Assembly (NCBI RefSeq): GCF_001194135.2
Contig: NC_069002.1
Coordinates: forward strand, 33,462,694-33,526,693
DNA: 64,000 nt
Direction: 5' to 3'
DNA from: Octopus bimaculoides
Taxonomy: Eukaryota
This document shows, piece by piece, positions 1-13,890 of this stretch. Within the stretch, counting starts at the first letter, position 1. Each line of letters opens with the position of its first letter. The translations under genes and the position numbers were made by a program. The notes below the pieces were generated by a model that searched no databases, was not told the origin of the DNA, and worked only from the letters and a program-made list of their open reading frames with translations.

Positions 1-177
1 CATCATTGGCTGTTATCGTGTCTCAGGATTTACATCAGAATTTTCCTTCTCCATTGTCAAGTACTTGGAGTCACTCATTCCCTTTGATGTAGGACACCAT
101 GCTGACTTTCTTAGTCTTATGTTTCTAAGCTGAATGAATCCTTCGTGCTCGCCCATTGTTGAAAATGTGTGGATCGT

Positions 178-1080
178 GTGAACAGCCACGGTGTTTTCTG
201 CACCAACGGCACGTGTTTTATGACAATGCTACAAGGACTACCTCTGTCCTGAGGAACTAGCAAGATTAAGTCAATGTGCACAGTAATGGATAGTCTTTAA
301 TGATATCATCCGTCCTTTCAAATGTTTTGCATTTCATCCTGCATCGTATCCCGTGAACCTCCTCCATAAGCAAGTTTATTCAGTTTACAAGTTTAGTTAA
401 CATGTACTGGAATACAGGTCTCATGTCATTAGCATTGGAAAGCCTTCAGTTTATGCAGTATGTTGTTCTCAAATGTCACTACATTGAATGTTATGATAGT
501 CGGATCCAGAGAACTTTTTCCATAGTGTATCGCCTTTACATAGACGATACTTTCTTGAGAGCTGTGAATAAGAAGTTGCTGTTGTACTTCATTTGCCATT
601 AAGAAAAAACAATCCTTTCTCTATCTCAAGGATATAATTTATCGCGTTACATAATCGCGATTTATAAAGCTGGTGAACTTATTTATGTACATGGAAAACT
701 AAAATGAAAGATTTCCCACTTGGCATCTCACTGACATTCGAACACGTAAACATACAGATTGCAGTCTAGCGTTCTAAATACCATGCCGTCCAAAGAATGT
801 AGTGTTTCGTTATATATCGTCTTCCAGCATTGTTTTATTATACTTTTATTTCTGTTTTCCAATTTATGTAACGCACATACACAACTCTTAAATCTATATA
901 TGTACGTGTAAGATATACGTTTACACACAGATATAAATACACGCACGCATATATAACAATGCATGTGTATATGCTATAATTACGTTGAGATTTTTGACTT
1001 GTTACAGTTAGTTTATATTTGGATGGTAAATTGTGTATTATTTCTCGTTTCTTGTGAACTGTAAAATGAAACCCGAATAC
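178..1080. repeat. Unit 1 of an old ~1.4-kb-period tandem duplication
   Basis: Colinear blocks match 1572-2572, e.g. ctacattgaat..gtgaataa..tacttcatt, atggaaaactaaa, gcagtc.agcgttctaaat, ctgttttccaatttatgtaacg, tatatttggatggta. Identity roughly 65-75% by eye. Confidence 0.75.
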
Positions 1081-1571
1081 TCTATATATGGAGATATATG
1101 CATATAGCTACAAATATACGCGTATATGTGGGTCTATGTGTGTATGTGTGCAAGAATGCTTGTGTATATATGCACTGCAGTAAACTGGCTTATAAACTGT
1201 GTGTGTATATTACGTATGATTCACATATAGCTTTTTCTTATTTGATTCTGCCTTAGATTTGCATACTGGAGTTATTCACTGTCTTCTCTCAATCAGTCAA
1301 TCACATATTTATCCGGGCGTGTTTGGCAGCAACTACGTTTCAGTAAAAGGGACATGAAAGAACGAAATACATCGGACATTATCGCTGACCGATACTGGGA
1401 GGTGGTGTCTTTTAACGTCTGAATTTATTGTACTTTTAAAACACAACGTCCAAACGAGACGCTATACCAGGACACATATTGTACTCAATGACATATCCAT
1501 TGTGTATATACTTTAGGTATGATATACAGATTGTTATTTTTAATACGAATGTGTGCGTGCAGGTGTGTGTG

Positions 1572-2572
1572 TGAACGTGGACCATGGAAGGCTTTGCAGA
1601 ACTGGTATCATTTTGTTTGGTGTCGCTCCATATTGGGTTCTATACTCGTGGTGATAGCAGCAGAATAAGAGTGGGACATCCAAAGTTTATTCTCTGAGAA
1701 GTTTAGGGTATTACGCTTCGCCAAATTGTATTTCAGAGATTTAGTCCTGCAGCGTTTCTAATAACTCCTCTGAATTTGTAAGCTTATTGGTGTTGCCAAT
1801 TTAGTTACCGACGACCTGGCCATTCTGTACTTTGTAGAGGACTGCATGTTATAATAGCGCACAAATGCGTAATGTTTAGGTAGTACGCTGTTCCGTAATG
1901 TGGCTACATTGAATATGGTGATTGTCAGGTTACGGGGACTTGTTCTCTCGTATATTGACACTACATCGCGGATATTTCCTTGACAGGTGTGAATAAATGT
2001 CTGTTGCTCTTCTACTTCATTTACTATTCACTAAGAAGAAAAACGGAATTCTCACTGTGTCTCATAAAAATATTTTACTGTTCAAAAACTTCAATTTATA
2101 TATTTGGAGGACCTTATTTCCGCATATGGAAAACTAAAGCATAAACATCTTCTGCATGGCATTTGACTGACATTTGAAAACGAAATCATATTGTTTCGCA
2201 GTCCAGCGTTCTAAATTCACAGTCACCTACCATATCGTTCAAAGAAGGTGGTATTTAGTTATATATTGCCATACACCATTTTTATATCACACTTTTATTC
2301 CTCCTCTGTTTTCCAATTTATGTAACGAGAACGCACCTTTTAAATATATACAGGAATGGCCATAAATCGCTTTAACCATTTCTAATAATAATAAATAAAT
2401 GGGTAAAGCGAATTATGGATATCCCTGTATATGTGGATATGCAAGTTATATGTTTATAAACACACACACACACGTGTATGTATATGTATATGCCATAAAC
2501 ATAATTTTATATTTGGATGGTATATTATTTCATTTGTCGTTTCTTGCGAAGTTTGACATGTAACCAGAATAC
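1572..2572. repeat. Unit 2 of the tandem duplication, cut at its right end by an R4/Dong LINE fragment
   Basis: Same colinear blocks as unit 1. Similarity stops at gaatac (about 2572), where the LINE fragment starts. Confidence 0.75.
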
Positions 2573-3300
2573 CATTTGCCAGCAGTTTTGATTTTATAAT
2601 GCCGGCACATTATCCAATGTAGATATTGACCAACTCTGTCATGTCTTGATTTGTATTCTACGGTTGCTAAAACTTTACGTCTAGAGATTAGGTCGTCCAC
2701 TGTTTCTCTCCCATCGTTGCCGGATCGTCAGTTTGTGTCTACATCATTTTTCATCGAATTGGCTTGATAGTTCCGGGTCAGTAAGTTCTGATCGTGGGCA
2801 GCCAAGATAAGGCCTTCATTCTGTCTTTAGCTCTGAACTCCGTGGCCTGCATCAGCTTGTTTGCAACGGGCAACATATTTGGCATGCTGAAGTTTTTGTT
2901 CCCACATATCAGACAATTGTTCAAACGCATTTTGCTTTACTATTGATTTTCAATTTCTTTGCAGCTACAGTTGCAGCACTCCCACATGCTATTCAGCATG
3001 AGTATTATGCATAAAGTCACTTGAAAAGTTTCTCCTCTCTTTCATAACAGAATGAAGCTTCTTAAGTATTTCATGTTTTTCAACGAGCTTTAACATCCAG
3101 TCGTTAGAAGTTTCAATATATTTTGCCAGTCCATTTCTGGTGGTTTTGTACGAGATTTTAAATTGGATAAATCCTCGACCTCTGGATGGGTAAAAATGAT
3201 GTGCGTCTACCTTTGGGTGGTGCACTCTATTGCAAGTCAGCAGCTTACGCATTTTTCAATCAATCTTCCTTGTTTCGCTCATATTCCAGTTCAACACGTT
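2570..3300 (-). mobile_element. R4/Dong-clade non-LTR retrotransposon fragment (post-RT/thumb region through zinc knuckle), degenerate
   Basis: Minus-strand translation NVLNWNMSETRKID*KMRKLLTCNRVHHPKVDAHHFYPSRGRGFIQFKISYKTTRNGLAKYIETSNDWMLKLV, then EGLILAAHDQNLLTRNYQ and RHDRVGQYLHWIMCRHY..KWY. These match RLE-clade motifs (HPKADVDRLY..GGRGL; AAQDQ; RHD.V..HW). Confidence 0.88.
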
Positions 3301-3305
3301 GAAAC

Positions 3306-3365
3306 ACTATATTATTATTATCTTTGTTGTTGTTATGGTTATTATTATTACTTTTATTATTATTA
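3306..3365. repeat. (TAT/TGT)n microsatellite at the 5' junction of the R4/Dong fragment
   Basis: tattattattat..tgttgttgt..tattattat seen directly. Confidence 0.9.
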
Positions 3366-4329
3366 AAACAGTTTGATTGTGTGTATACTAAAGAATTGTC
3401 CTTCCAAATGTCTACGGCAAGATGCCATTCAAACTGAATGAGTCAAGCTACGGTTCTAGAAGTCACTTGCCCCATTGCTACTCATATATGTCGAAGCAGT
3501 CACATCGTCTTTGCTTAGGTTAATTTCTTAGTCACATACATGGACGTAGGCCCATGTTTTTTGACATGACATTTATTGTATTAGTATTATATATTCCAAA
3601 TATTAATGTCCTATACAAGCCGTGGATTTTGTTTGCAGATACCACATATAGCCGGTAAAAGCGGAAATTAAACTATGCACCGCAATGTAACGTGTTCTGA
3701 ATGCCTGGATCATTTACAACCTAATAGTAGAAAAATATAACAGAAATATTAAAGAGACACTCTTTCAGAATTATTAACTTTGTGAAGCGAAATTGCAACT
3801 CTATCTGCTACTAAGTTACAGTGAATATTAATTTGAATAGTGGATTGACAGAATAACTTAGGTGTCTCTATCAGAATGACTTCTAATATAAAATAGTCTT
3901 TCCTGACATTCGGAACTTACTGAATTAAACATTGATTTTCAATGACTTGTTAACGAACAAGAAATTGGTTGATCGATTGCGGCATTCTTTGAAAATATTA
4001 TGTCGGTGCAGTGTACAAGGTAGATGACAATTCGACTTGAAATCTTTAGCGTTTTTTTCTTTTAATCAATAAGGTGCACAGACTCCGATGTCTATGTTAT
4101 ATCCACTCTTTCCAGGATAATGAAAATAGTGTCCCGGTTTAATACTTAATTCGAAATGTACGATTATATCGATTACATTGGATACGCTTTAGTGATTTTA
4201 CTGTTGTTTATTCACTTTTACTCTTTCCGCTCTCTCAATATGATAATCTCCTGGTGATTTACCTGAAATGTCTTCGATGCCATATATCGTATTCCTGAAG
4301 CGTATTGAGGATGCTACAACGAACGTCTT

Positions 4330-4500
4330 TCCGATTAAATGCGAATTTTCCAACTGCCTTTCCATTTTTACTCGAAACAACTCTTGATGTTGTCGATTCT
4401 TGGCTTGCCTCTTGATTTGCTTCCCATTACTTCACCTCATAAAATGTGCCATGCGATTGTCTTGGCTTTTTCAAAGGAGTCTTCAAAGTTGGTCTCTGAT
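4330..4500 (-). mobile_element. Possible degenerate 3' end of an RTE-like LINE
   Basis: Minus reading AWHIL*GEVMGSKSRGKPRIDNIKS resembles the RTE C-terminal GHILRG.V.GKR.RGRPR...DNIK motif. Short and degraded. Confidence 0.35.
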
Positions 4501-4510
4501 TATCTTATTT

Positions 4511-5205
4511 AGGGTACTCTAGTTTGAACCTTACTTCCAGATAGACACACGTGTGTTCCCTACCTTTTTGTACCCAATCGGAACAAGATTTCTGTTGAGT
4601 TTCAATAAATCTCCTGGGTAACGTGCGGATATTCAAGTCCCCACATCCAACGTTATGCCTATTGACTTTACCGTTCAAGTGAAATATTGCCTCATCACCG
4701 AAAATGACTTTTGACAGCAAGTTATCATTCACCATCATCATCGTTTAACGTCTATCTTCCATATTAGCATGGTAGGGGGACTCTTTTATAATTGCTTGAT
4801 ATTCTCACAAATTTCAAATCGTATTCCATTATCTTTCGGATGGAGTTCTGGACTAATTGCAGTTTGTAAGGGTGAAACTTTAGGTGTTTGTGCAGGATCT
4901 TGCAAACTGTTCTTTTGGGGAGGTGTAACTCTCGGCGAGTTCTTCATATTGACTTTTTAGGGCTCTGGACGAATTTTCTTCAAACTCGATCAATAAATTT
5001 CTCTGAGACTGCTGGTCAGCCAGAATGTCCCTTTCGCTGATCACAGATACACACTTCTGAACTAAAATCATCGTACCAATTCCGAATGGAGAGTGTGTGG
5101 GTGGAAGTATATGATACTTGAGTCTCAAAACACGTTGACGGCCACAACACTCATCTTGCAAATTTCAGGGCACACCAGCTGCGTTGCTGTGGGGTTGCGC
5201 CATTT
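4511..5205 (-). mobile_element. Tc1/mariner (IS630-Tc1, DUF4817-HTH type) transposase relic, internally deleted
   Basis: Frameshifted minus reading MATPQQRSWCALKFAR..IRNWYDDF..GHSG*PAVSE..FVQSPKKSI*RTRRELHLPKRTVCKILHKHLKFHPYKLQLVQ..KVIFGDEAIFHLNGKVNRHNV, matching the FSDEAxFHLNGxVNRHN catalytic motif. Confidence 0.85.
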
Positions 5206-6796
5206 TTAGATTCCCTTTAATCCCTGCGCTGTTTCAGGACAAACATCTAAGAAAAAACAAAAAGAAATGTTGTTAAAAAATCGATTCACAACATGTTTAT
5301 CAATATATTTGAAGAATTAGTTTGAATATCATACAACCTGTATATTTATATTCTAATTTAATAAAGCTGAAACGATAAAAAAAAAAAAACGAAGTCGGCT
5401 GTTGTCAACGGAGTTTTGAACTCAAAACTAAAACGTCGAAATATAATGGCAAAGTATTTCTTCCAATATAAAAGAAAAACAAAAACATTAATATTTTGTT
5501 GCTTTGTCATAATACTTGTCAAGACATATTGAGCGTGTGAATTGGAATTTGACGTATTCATTGCAATAACATATACTAATTACACTAAATGTTTACGATA
5601 CCCACCGTAGGAAAACGATTAATTTCCGCATAACGTTAAGATATCGAAAACCAAAGACGACAATCACTTTAAGAAATAAGTGCGTTAGTATCCATGCCAA
5701 TGTTAGCGTCATATCTCCCGTACACACAAGCACAAGCATACACAGGCATTCATATATAGACAATATAGACGCATTTTTTTCATCATTTCAAAATGCTCGT
5801 TTTATTGGCAACAGGTTGCATGACGTACCAATACTTGAATATTGCAAATAAACTATTTTAATTAATTTAGAATGCAGTTTCTCTCTTATATATAAAAAAA
5901 AAACACTTTCGTCCACGTTAGCGCTTGACATATTTTTCTGCTTTAATCTAAGTTAGAATATTGAATACAGAGGTCATCCTTGTATGTGTGTATGTATGTC
6001 TCTCCATTCGTTAATTTTCCGTGTTTTTATACATTTCCCTCAGTTTACCTTTTTTTCCATCGCCCTTGATAGATAAGTAGATATATATATATAAATTCGG
6101 GTGTGGGTATATATATATGTGTATGTATATATATATATATATGTGTGTGTGTATATATACATATTTGTGTGAGTGAGAGAGAAATAGAGGCATATAGGTT
6201 GCTAGGATGAGCTGCTATATTGTAATAATTGGTCATGTGATAAAAATATGTGTATATATTTCATTCAAATTTCTTATTAAATTGCATGTCAGCTAGTGTT
6301 TAATCATATTTTTCCACACCCGCTCCATAATTATATATATGATGATATGGAATATATAAGTGGGTGTATATTTCTCCCAATTTGTCTCTGAAATGAACAT
6401 TTTTCTACATTTTAGTATATTTGTACAGGTTCCTTGCAGTTTCGTTCTAATAGTAAAATATAACAACACAACCAAAAACATTTACATTGAACATGAATGA
6501 TTTTCCAATGCGACTAACGAGTTATCAATAACTTCCTCGTTTTATATATATCCTGCTGTGTTGACTCATTACACTTCAATCTCCACTACAAAACACCCGT
6601 TTTGCAACTTCCACATATACCTGGAAAATGTTGGGACATACTTTCTCACTTTTCGTACATATATATTTATAATGAAAGCGGTGGAGAGGCAGAAGGGACG
6701 CCGTCGGAAATAAAGTGTTTTAATGTGTTTAAAAGTTTTTCTAAAATAAATTTATTTCATTCTCGATTTTCTTGTTGATATCTCATTGGCAGTTAC

Positions 6797-6870
6797 TTTG
6801 ACATTGCGTAGGATAACTTCAAGGGAGTCTAAACATCTCTTTCGACACACTGCGAATTGCAGGTATTGTA
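6797..6870 (-). CDS. Candidate 74-nt internal exon (phase 1 to 0), xQYLQFAVCRKRCLDSLEVILRNVK
   Basis: Acceptor atttttctag and donor AAA|gtaact. Only one frame is open. No homology recognised. Confidence 0.15.
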
Positions 6871-6983
6871 CTAGAAAAATCATGTAAATCCAGGAACATG
6901 AATGCAAAGGAAATTCGTGTGGGAACATTGGCATCTCGGCTTATAATTAATTCATTATCACCGTGTGCACAATAATTCCTTAC

Positions 6984-7031
6984 GGGATTTGAAATCATAT
7001 AGAATCAGAAAATAAGGTAGAAGCAATAATC
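6984..7031 (-). CDS. Candidate 48-nt symmetric phase-1 exon, xLLLLPYFLILYDFKS
   Basis: Acceptor ttctgttcag and donor CCC|gtaagg. Only one frame is open. No homology recognised. Confidence 0.15.
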
Positions 7032-8049
7032 CTGAACAGAATATCCCATTTTTAAAAAACGGAAATATTTATTCTATAGTGATGGTCATATGAACCGTTA
7101 TAACACTTTGTTCTAAACAGAATCGATTAATAATTTACAATGAAATAAAATAGACGTATCAAAAAAATAATAGACAACAGAAGACTAATAATTAATGTCA
7201 ATAATTAAAAATTAAAACTAGAAAACATGAAAACCAGGAGATATTCGTTTGTGATAATGAGTCTCCACTTGTAATATATAGGAAGAGATAACAACAACAA
7301 CGGGAAGAACATTAACAATATAAATATAATACGTAATTTCATATATTCATATGCGTATGTGATGTGTGTAGGTAATGTACATAGATATACTGGTTTATAT
7401 ATATTTCTATATAAGTGGTATTACACACACACACACATATATATATATGTAAGTAAGTATATATGTGTACACACATATATATGCATATATCTATATATAT
7501 CTTTATAAACATATAGTGATATAGATGTGTTTATATTTATGGCTCACATTATGTATATTTTAAAATATATACATTTACATAAATTTGCATACACATGCAC
7601 ACGAAAAATACACATATAAATACACACATTAATACATATGTATATATAAAGATAAGCATGCATATCTACACACACACACATATACATACACACACATACA
7701 TACACATACATACATACATGAATAATATCCCTCTGAATATACATGAAAATACATAGATAGAAAATAGGCACACACAGAAAGAAAATGAGATTTAGCGAGT
7801 GAGATAATGATTAAGACACAGAGAAACGAAGAGAGAGCGAGAGGAGAGGAGAGGAGAGAATGAATGAGACAAGGAATCGTATAGAATATTTTCCCATTTA
7901 TTCATGTTCATTCGAAATAAAATACTGTTTTTGTTTTAAATTTTACAACACAAAAGAAAAAGAACAAATTTCATGAAAAAAAAATACCCTCGTATTTTTT
8001 TTTAGTAGTACCATTTAAAGGAAGGGATGTTTAAATATCAATGTATCGG

Positions 8050-8460
8050 TGTTGTGTTTATTATTATTATTATTTAAAATTTTTATCATGATGATGATCA
8101 TCATCGTCCTTTTCTTATTGATTATTTTTTTAAATGAAAATTGCTATGAACGTCGTTTTTGTTTCTGTCGTTGTTTATGCCATTTTTAGTGATGATGTTG
8201 TTTTAGTAATTACCGTTAATATTTATTAGCATTAATATTATATTATTGTTATAATAATAATAATAACAATAATTATAAGAAGAAAAAGAAAAACTACAAC
8301 GATAATAGCAATAACAATGATAATAATAATAATTATTATAATAAAAGAAATCGTTATCAACATCATCATGATAATTATTACTAGTGTTGTTATTAATATT
8401 ATTATTAATATTCTGTTCATTATCGCCATCACCATCATCATCAGTGTGTTGTTAGACATA
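8050..8460. repeat. Compound (ATT/ATC/AAT)n low-complexity tract
   Basis: Trinucleotide runs seen directly; they explain the poly-Ile ORFs in the track. Confidence 0.85.
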
Positions 8461-8919
8461 AAATATCATGGCAATCGATACATTGTGCAGTCAATTTCCT
8501 TGCCAATTTCGTCTTAATTGTTTTCTTTGGAATTTCAAATATTTTAAAATTACATTTCAATCATTTATCTATAAAAATTATTCTAATTCTTTTGATATTT
8601 AAAGATATTCGTACTGATACCACCCACTCTGTCTTCACTCCACCCCACACACCCAATTCTATCTCTTTAACTCACACTCGATATCCTTAATTTCTGTCAC
8701 TCTCTCTCTCTCGTTCTATCTCGGCCTTAGTGTTTCTCTATATTTCTCTCTCTCACATTCTTTCTCTGTCTTTTCTTCTATTTTCTATCTTTTAATTCTG
8801 ATATAATCATCTTGATTGGTATTGTTGGAGTCATATTTATCATTATGTTGCTCATGTTTCGATTAGAACTAATTGAGGGAAATGTTACCACGAACCCACC
8901 TCGTCAACGTCAGCAACAA

Positions 8920-9480
8920 TATATATATATACTTACACACACACATATATATATATATACAAACTTACATATATATATACTTACATATAGATATATATAT
9001 ATACTTACACACACACATATATATATATATACAAACTTACATATATATATACTTACATATAGACATATATATATACTTACATATAGATATATATATATAC
9101 TTACATATATATATATATATATACTTACATATATATATACTTACATATATATATACTTACATATATATATATATATATACTTACATATATATATACTTAC
9201 ATATAGATATATATATATACTTACACATATATACTTACATATATATATATATATACTTACATATATATATATATNNNNNNNNNNNNNNNNNNNNNNNNNN
9301 NNNNNNNNNNNNNNNNNNNNNNNNNNNNNNNNNNNNNNNNNNNNNNNNNNNNNNNNNNNNNNNNNNNNNNNNNNCATATAGATATATATATACTTACATA
9401 TAGATATATATACACTTACATAGAGATACATATATACACTTACATAGAGATACATATACACTTATATATATATATATTTC
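8920..9480. repeat. (TA)n-based minisatellite with recurring CTTACATATA unit, interrupted by an N-gap
   Basis: Repeated tatatatatacttacatata(g) units seen directly. Confidence 0.9.
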
Positions 9481-9726
9481 ATATCATATTGTTTACTTTT
9501 TAAGTGAATAGATTACGGTCATGCTAGTACACCGATATAAAAAGGATTTTAGTCAAACTAATCAAACCAAGTTTTTATATATGTGCGTATGTCTGTGTGT
9601 ACCTATTAAAGTGGACATAGACATAAGATAACAGAACACCGAGATAAGTGAGTGAAGAACAAATATGTAGTGCATGTGTATATTTGATAAAAAAAATAAC
9701 CGTCCCAAAATATGATAATGTGTGCT

Positions 9727-10064
9727 GAGACACCTTTCGGTCATGACTGGCCATGGGATTGAACCTAGAAAGTTACCCTCTCAGGCACAAGTCCGGGCAA
9801 GTATGTTTATGGAAGACCAGCAGTCGCCCAAGAATACTGGCCTCCCTTCTCCATGCCACCAATGTTATCCAAGGCAAAGGCAAAGGGCCGATATAACTTG
9901 GCAGCTGTGACGTCGCAACTTATTTCTACAGCTGAGTGAACTGGAGCAACGTGAAATAAAGTGTCTTGCTCAAGAACAAAGCATGCAGCCCGGTCCGGGA
10001 TTCGAACTCAGAACCGCACGGTCGCAAGTTCGACGCTCTAACCACCACTGAGCAATGCGCCTTC
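9727..10064 (-). mobile_element. tRNA-derived SINE with CORE/V-like central domain, near full length
   Basis: Minus strand GAAGGCGCATTGCTCAGTGGTGG (A box), GAGTTCGAATCCCC (B box), then GTTCTTGAGCAAGACACTTTATTTCACGTTGCTCCAGTTCACTCAGCTGT (CORE/V-type domain). Confidence 0.85.
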
Positions 10065-10453
10065 ACGACTAATATATACATATATATATATAAGTGTGTG
10101 TATATATATGTATAGTTAATAGAATTATGGGAGGTAATTGGTTAAATTGCAAAATCTTTGATCAGATCTTCACAATGGTACTAGGAACACATCGATATTA
10201 TATTTCCGATCATATAAACCACATGGAATATTATTTTAGGAAGTTAAAATTCAAACCCAAGACCAGGGCGGCATTAAGACCTTAGCATTTAATAGATTTT
10301 TGATACCCCCTTATATATATAATTCAAAATATAAACAATTAATATACCATAACATGTTTTTCTGTCACTGCTTATTTATATGTTTCTTTACTTATATTGG
10401 GTGCCCTGTTAATTTTTGTGGAAAATACAATAATTAAATCTGCCACAGCATCA

Positions 10454-11086
10454 AATCAATAATAAAGATAGATTTAAATATCTCATGTTTAAGTTGTTTC
10501 TCAGGTGTTGGTTTGATGGCCTAATAGGTAAAGGTGTTAGTAATTTAACTAATAACCTTGTATTAAGGTACAGGTTTCAATATCTATCTAGAAATATATT
10601 TTTTAATATTTTTGTATAAACAAAAAATATAAAGGCTGTGACCTTCTTTCCTCATCCTGACTAGGATTGAACCCTGCACAGGACAGTTCAGAATGCGCCC
10701 CCCCTTACCCAGTTCATCTACACTTACCTTTACTTACTAGTCTACCGGGTCCGCCCACTAATTGCTGTCAAAAATGAGATACTTAAATCTATAATAGTGT
10801 CCAATCAATAATAAAAAGATTTAAATATCTGACGTTTAATCTGTTATTTAGGTGTTAGTTTGACGGCCTAATAAGTAAAGGTGTTACCAATTTAACTAAT
10901 AACCTTCTATGAAGGTAGAGGTTTCAATATCTATCTAGGTATGTGTTTTTTTTTAATACTTTTGTATAAGTGATAAAAAAAAAAGACTAACCTTCTTCCC
11001 CCATCCTGACCAGGCGTGAACCCAGGGCAGGACAGGATAGTTTTGAATGTCCTCATCTACACTCACGTTTACTCACCAGTCTACCG
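10454..11086. repeat. Two tandem ~300-bp units (10454-10747, 10803-11086; period ~349 bp)
   Basis: Shared agatttaaatatct, ggcctaata.gtaaaggtgtta, aatttaactaataacctt, ggtttcaatatctatctag, catcctgac.agg, catctacact, agtctaccg. Confidence 0.85.
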
Positions 11087-11799
11087 ATGGATGACAAATG
11101 TTGGATGAATTAGCGATTGCTCCATGCATACAATATCGCTGATGTTCAATGTTTATTCGTCCGTATAACAGAGCAGTGTACAGGAAGGACGGGCAATATT
11201 AGTGCGCTACCTTCCTTATATTGCTCCACAAGTATGCTTTCAGAGTTAACATACAACTATTAACATCTCTAAACATTTTCACCACCGACTAGATACACTC
11301 CGTGCACAGACATACACACTTAAATATAAAGTCATACATGTACGCATACATCTATACACACAAAGGAATACATAAAAGTATTTCAGCAAATAGAATACAA
11401 TATTACTACATTTAAATATCTAAAAAAGAATTCATTTAAAATATGTTTATTCCTGGATTCTTTACAAGATGAGAAAGTCTTTGGCCCAAATATTCGTGAT
11501 TTCGCAAGAAAATATATAGCGGTATATACGAAAAAACAAACAAACCAAAAACAAGCCAAAAGTATAGAACACAATATCCTTGATGTTATTATGGAGCAAA
11601 TTGTTCACATCGATTCTTGGTCTATAGAATTAACGTTTTCTTTAAAAAAAAAATAGAATAATACATTTTATTTTATATTCCTTCCACAAAGTGGTCTACA
11701 TATTATTGTTAATCTATTCAGGGAAAAGAACCAGTACTTTTTTGAATGAGGGTTTCTTCTTCCTTTTCCTTAAACAACATTTACTGAAAAGAAATGCAC

Positions 11800-11909
11800 A
11801 CATAAATATATTATATATATATATATATATGCATACAACTATATAAGTATACATACATTTAAATGCATATATACATATATATATACACATATATATACAT
11901 TTATATTCA

Positions 11910-11947
<38 letters not shown>

Positions 11948-12413
11948 CACAAGTATATATACATAAATATATATATGTACACACATGTATATATATATAT
12001 ATACCTGTGTACACCTACCTACCTACATATATATATGTATGTACACATACATGCATATATATATATATATACATACATATCTGTATATAGTTATATGGTT
12101 ATGAATGTATGTATGTATGTAAACAAATCTTAAAGAATGGGTAACATATTTTGTTAGTAAAGTCATTCCCATGAATTATTTGGCAGCAGAATTTCATCTG
12201 AAGAGAGTCCTTTAACACAAATATCTCGTAAACGAACTTTGGACGTGTAAAGTAGAGTGAAGTATATGCATCAAGTCAAAACCTCGGATCTCATATTTGC
12301 AAAACAATTCGGATTTCTACATATATATGTGTGTGCATGCGTGTGTATCTATCTATCTATACATATATACACACACACATAGATATATGTATATATATTC
12401 TTTATAAATATAA

Positions 12414-12477
<64 letters not shown>

Positions 12478-13562
12478 ATGTATACCCATGTATACCCATG
12501 TATATGTGTGTGTGTGTGTGTGTGTCTATATTGAATCAGATGCGTATTTATATATTATACACACATGCATGCATATTTATGGAGATCTGATACACACACA
12601 CGCATATATATATATATATATATGTGAAATACAGATACTAGCAGCAGGAGCAGAATTAGTAATACGATTTTTAGTAGTAATAATAGTAGTAGTAGTAAGA
12701 GAGATTGATTATTATAATGCTGCACCCTTCCATTTAATGTTTCAAAGTAATTAACTTTTTTCCTTTGAAGTTAATATCCAATATTTGTGAACAGGGAGAA
12801 TAAAAAAAGGGGAATTCATTCGCACATATATACACACACATTCGTGTTTATGAACAGAAGCTCGTATTCTGTCTACATACATATCCATACATACAAACAT
12901 ATGCATATATTATATATATATAACATATATATTATATATATATATTCATATATTATACATATGAGAATCAGTTTATATGCCCTTGTATGTATTCACGCAT
13001 ATGTGCCTATATATAAGCATATATCATATACAGACACATATTGGTTATATAGATAGAAGTGCAGACACACACACATGCGCATACACACACATATATATAT
13101 ATATATATCAATACGTATTTGTATACTTCAAAGATAAGGGAGCTAAAAGAGAGGGTAAGAGATCGGTGTGTGTATAAAGTGAAAGATAACTAGATGTTGA
13201 TCAATAGATTGCAATGTATGCGTGTATATACATAGAAGTCGCCGTGGAGGAATTTTGTGAGTGGAATCTTGAAACGAAAGCATCGCAGATCTGCATTCCA
13301 CATATGTAGATATATATGCATACATGTAGACAAACATAGATATAGGAGTCGATACATATATACACGCATATAGACTTAATCGAGACCATGCACATGCTCG
13401 AGCACGGACATACATATATTTCATTGTTGTATATACGTATAAACGTAAACACGTAGATCTATGCGTTTATGCGTAAAAGTAGATATATACCTCAGAGTGT
13501 ATATTTGTAGTTCTATATGTATGTACGTATCAATCTCTCTACCTATTGATCTAGGCGTATAA

Positions 13563-13603
<41 letters not shown>

Positions 13604-13843
13604 TTCATACATACATATATACAAACCAGTGAGTGCAAGTGCACTACCATTCGTGTGAGTGCGTGAGAAAGATTTGAGATGAAAATCTAGTGATATGGTG
13701 TGGGCTCTTTAAACATCTATATATATATATATGTATAGATATATATATATATATATAGATATATATATATAGATATATATATAGAGAGAGAGAGAGAGAT
13801 AAACATATACACACGCATGTATATACATAAACATCATTTGTGT

Positions 13844-13890
<47 letters not shown>

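Noticed and set aside
402-602. YIDDTF in ORF 402-602 as a Penelope reverse-transcriptase YxDD motif
   Set aside because: No other RT motifs flank it, and the paralogous unit reads *HYIADIS at the same position.
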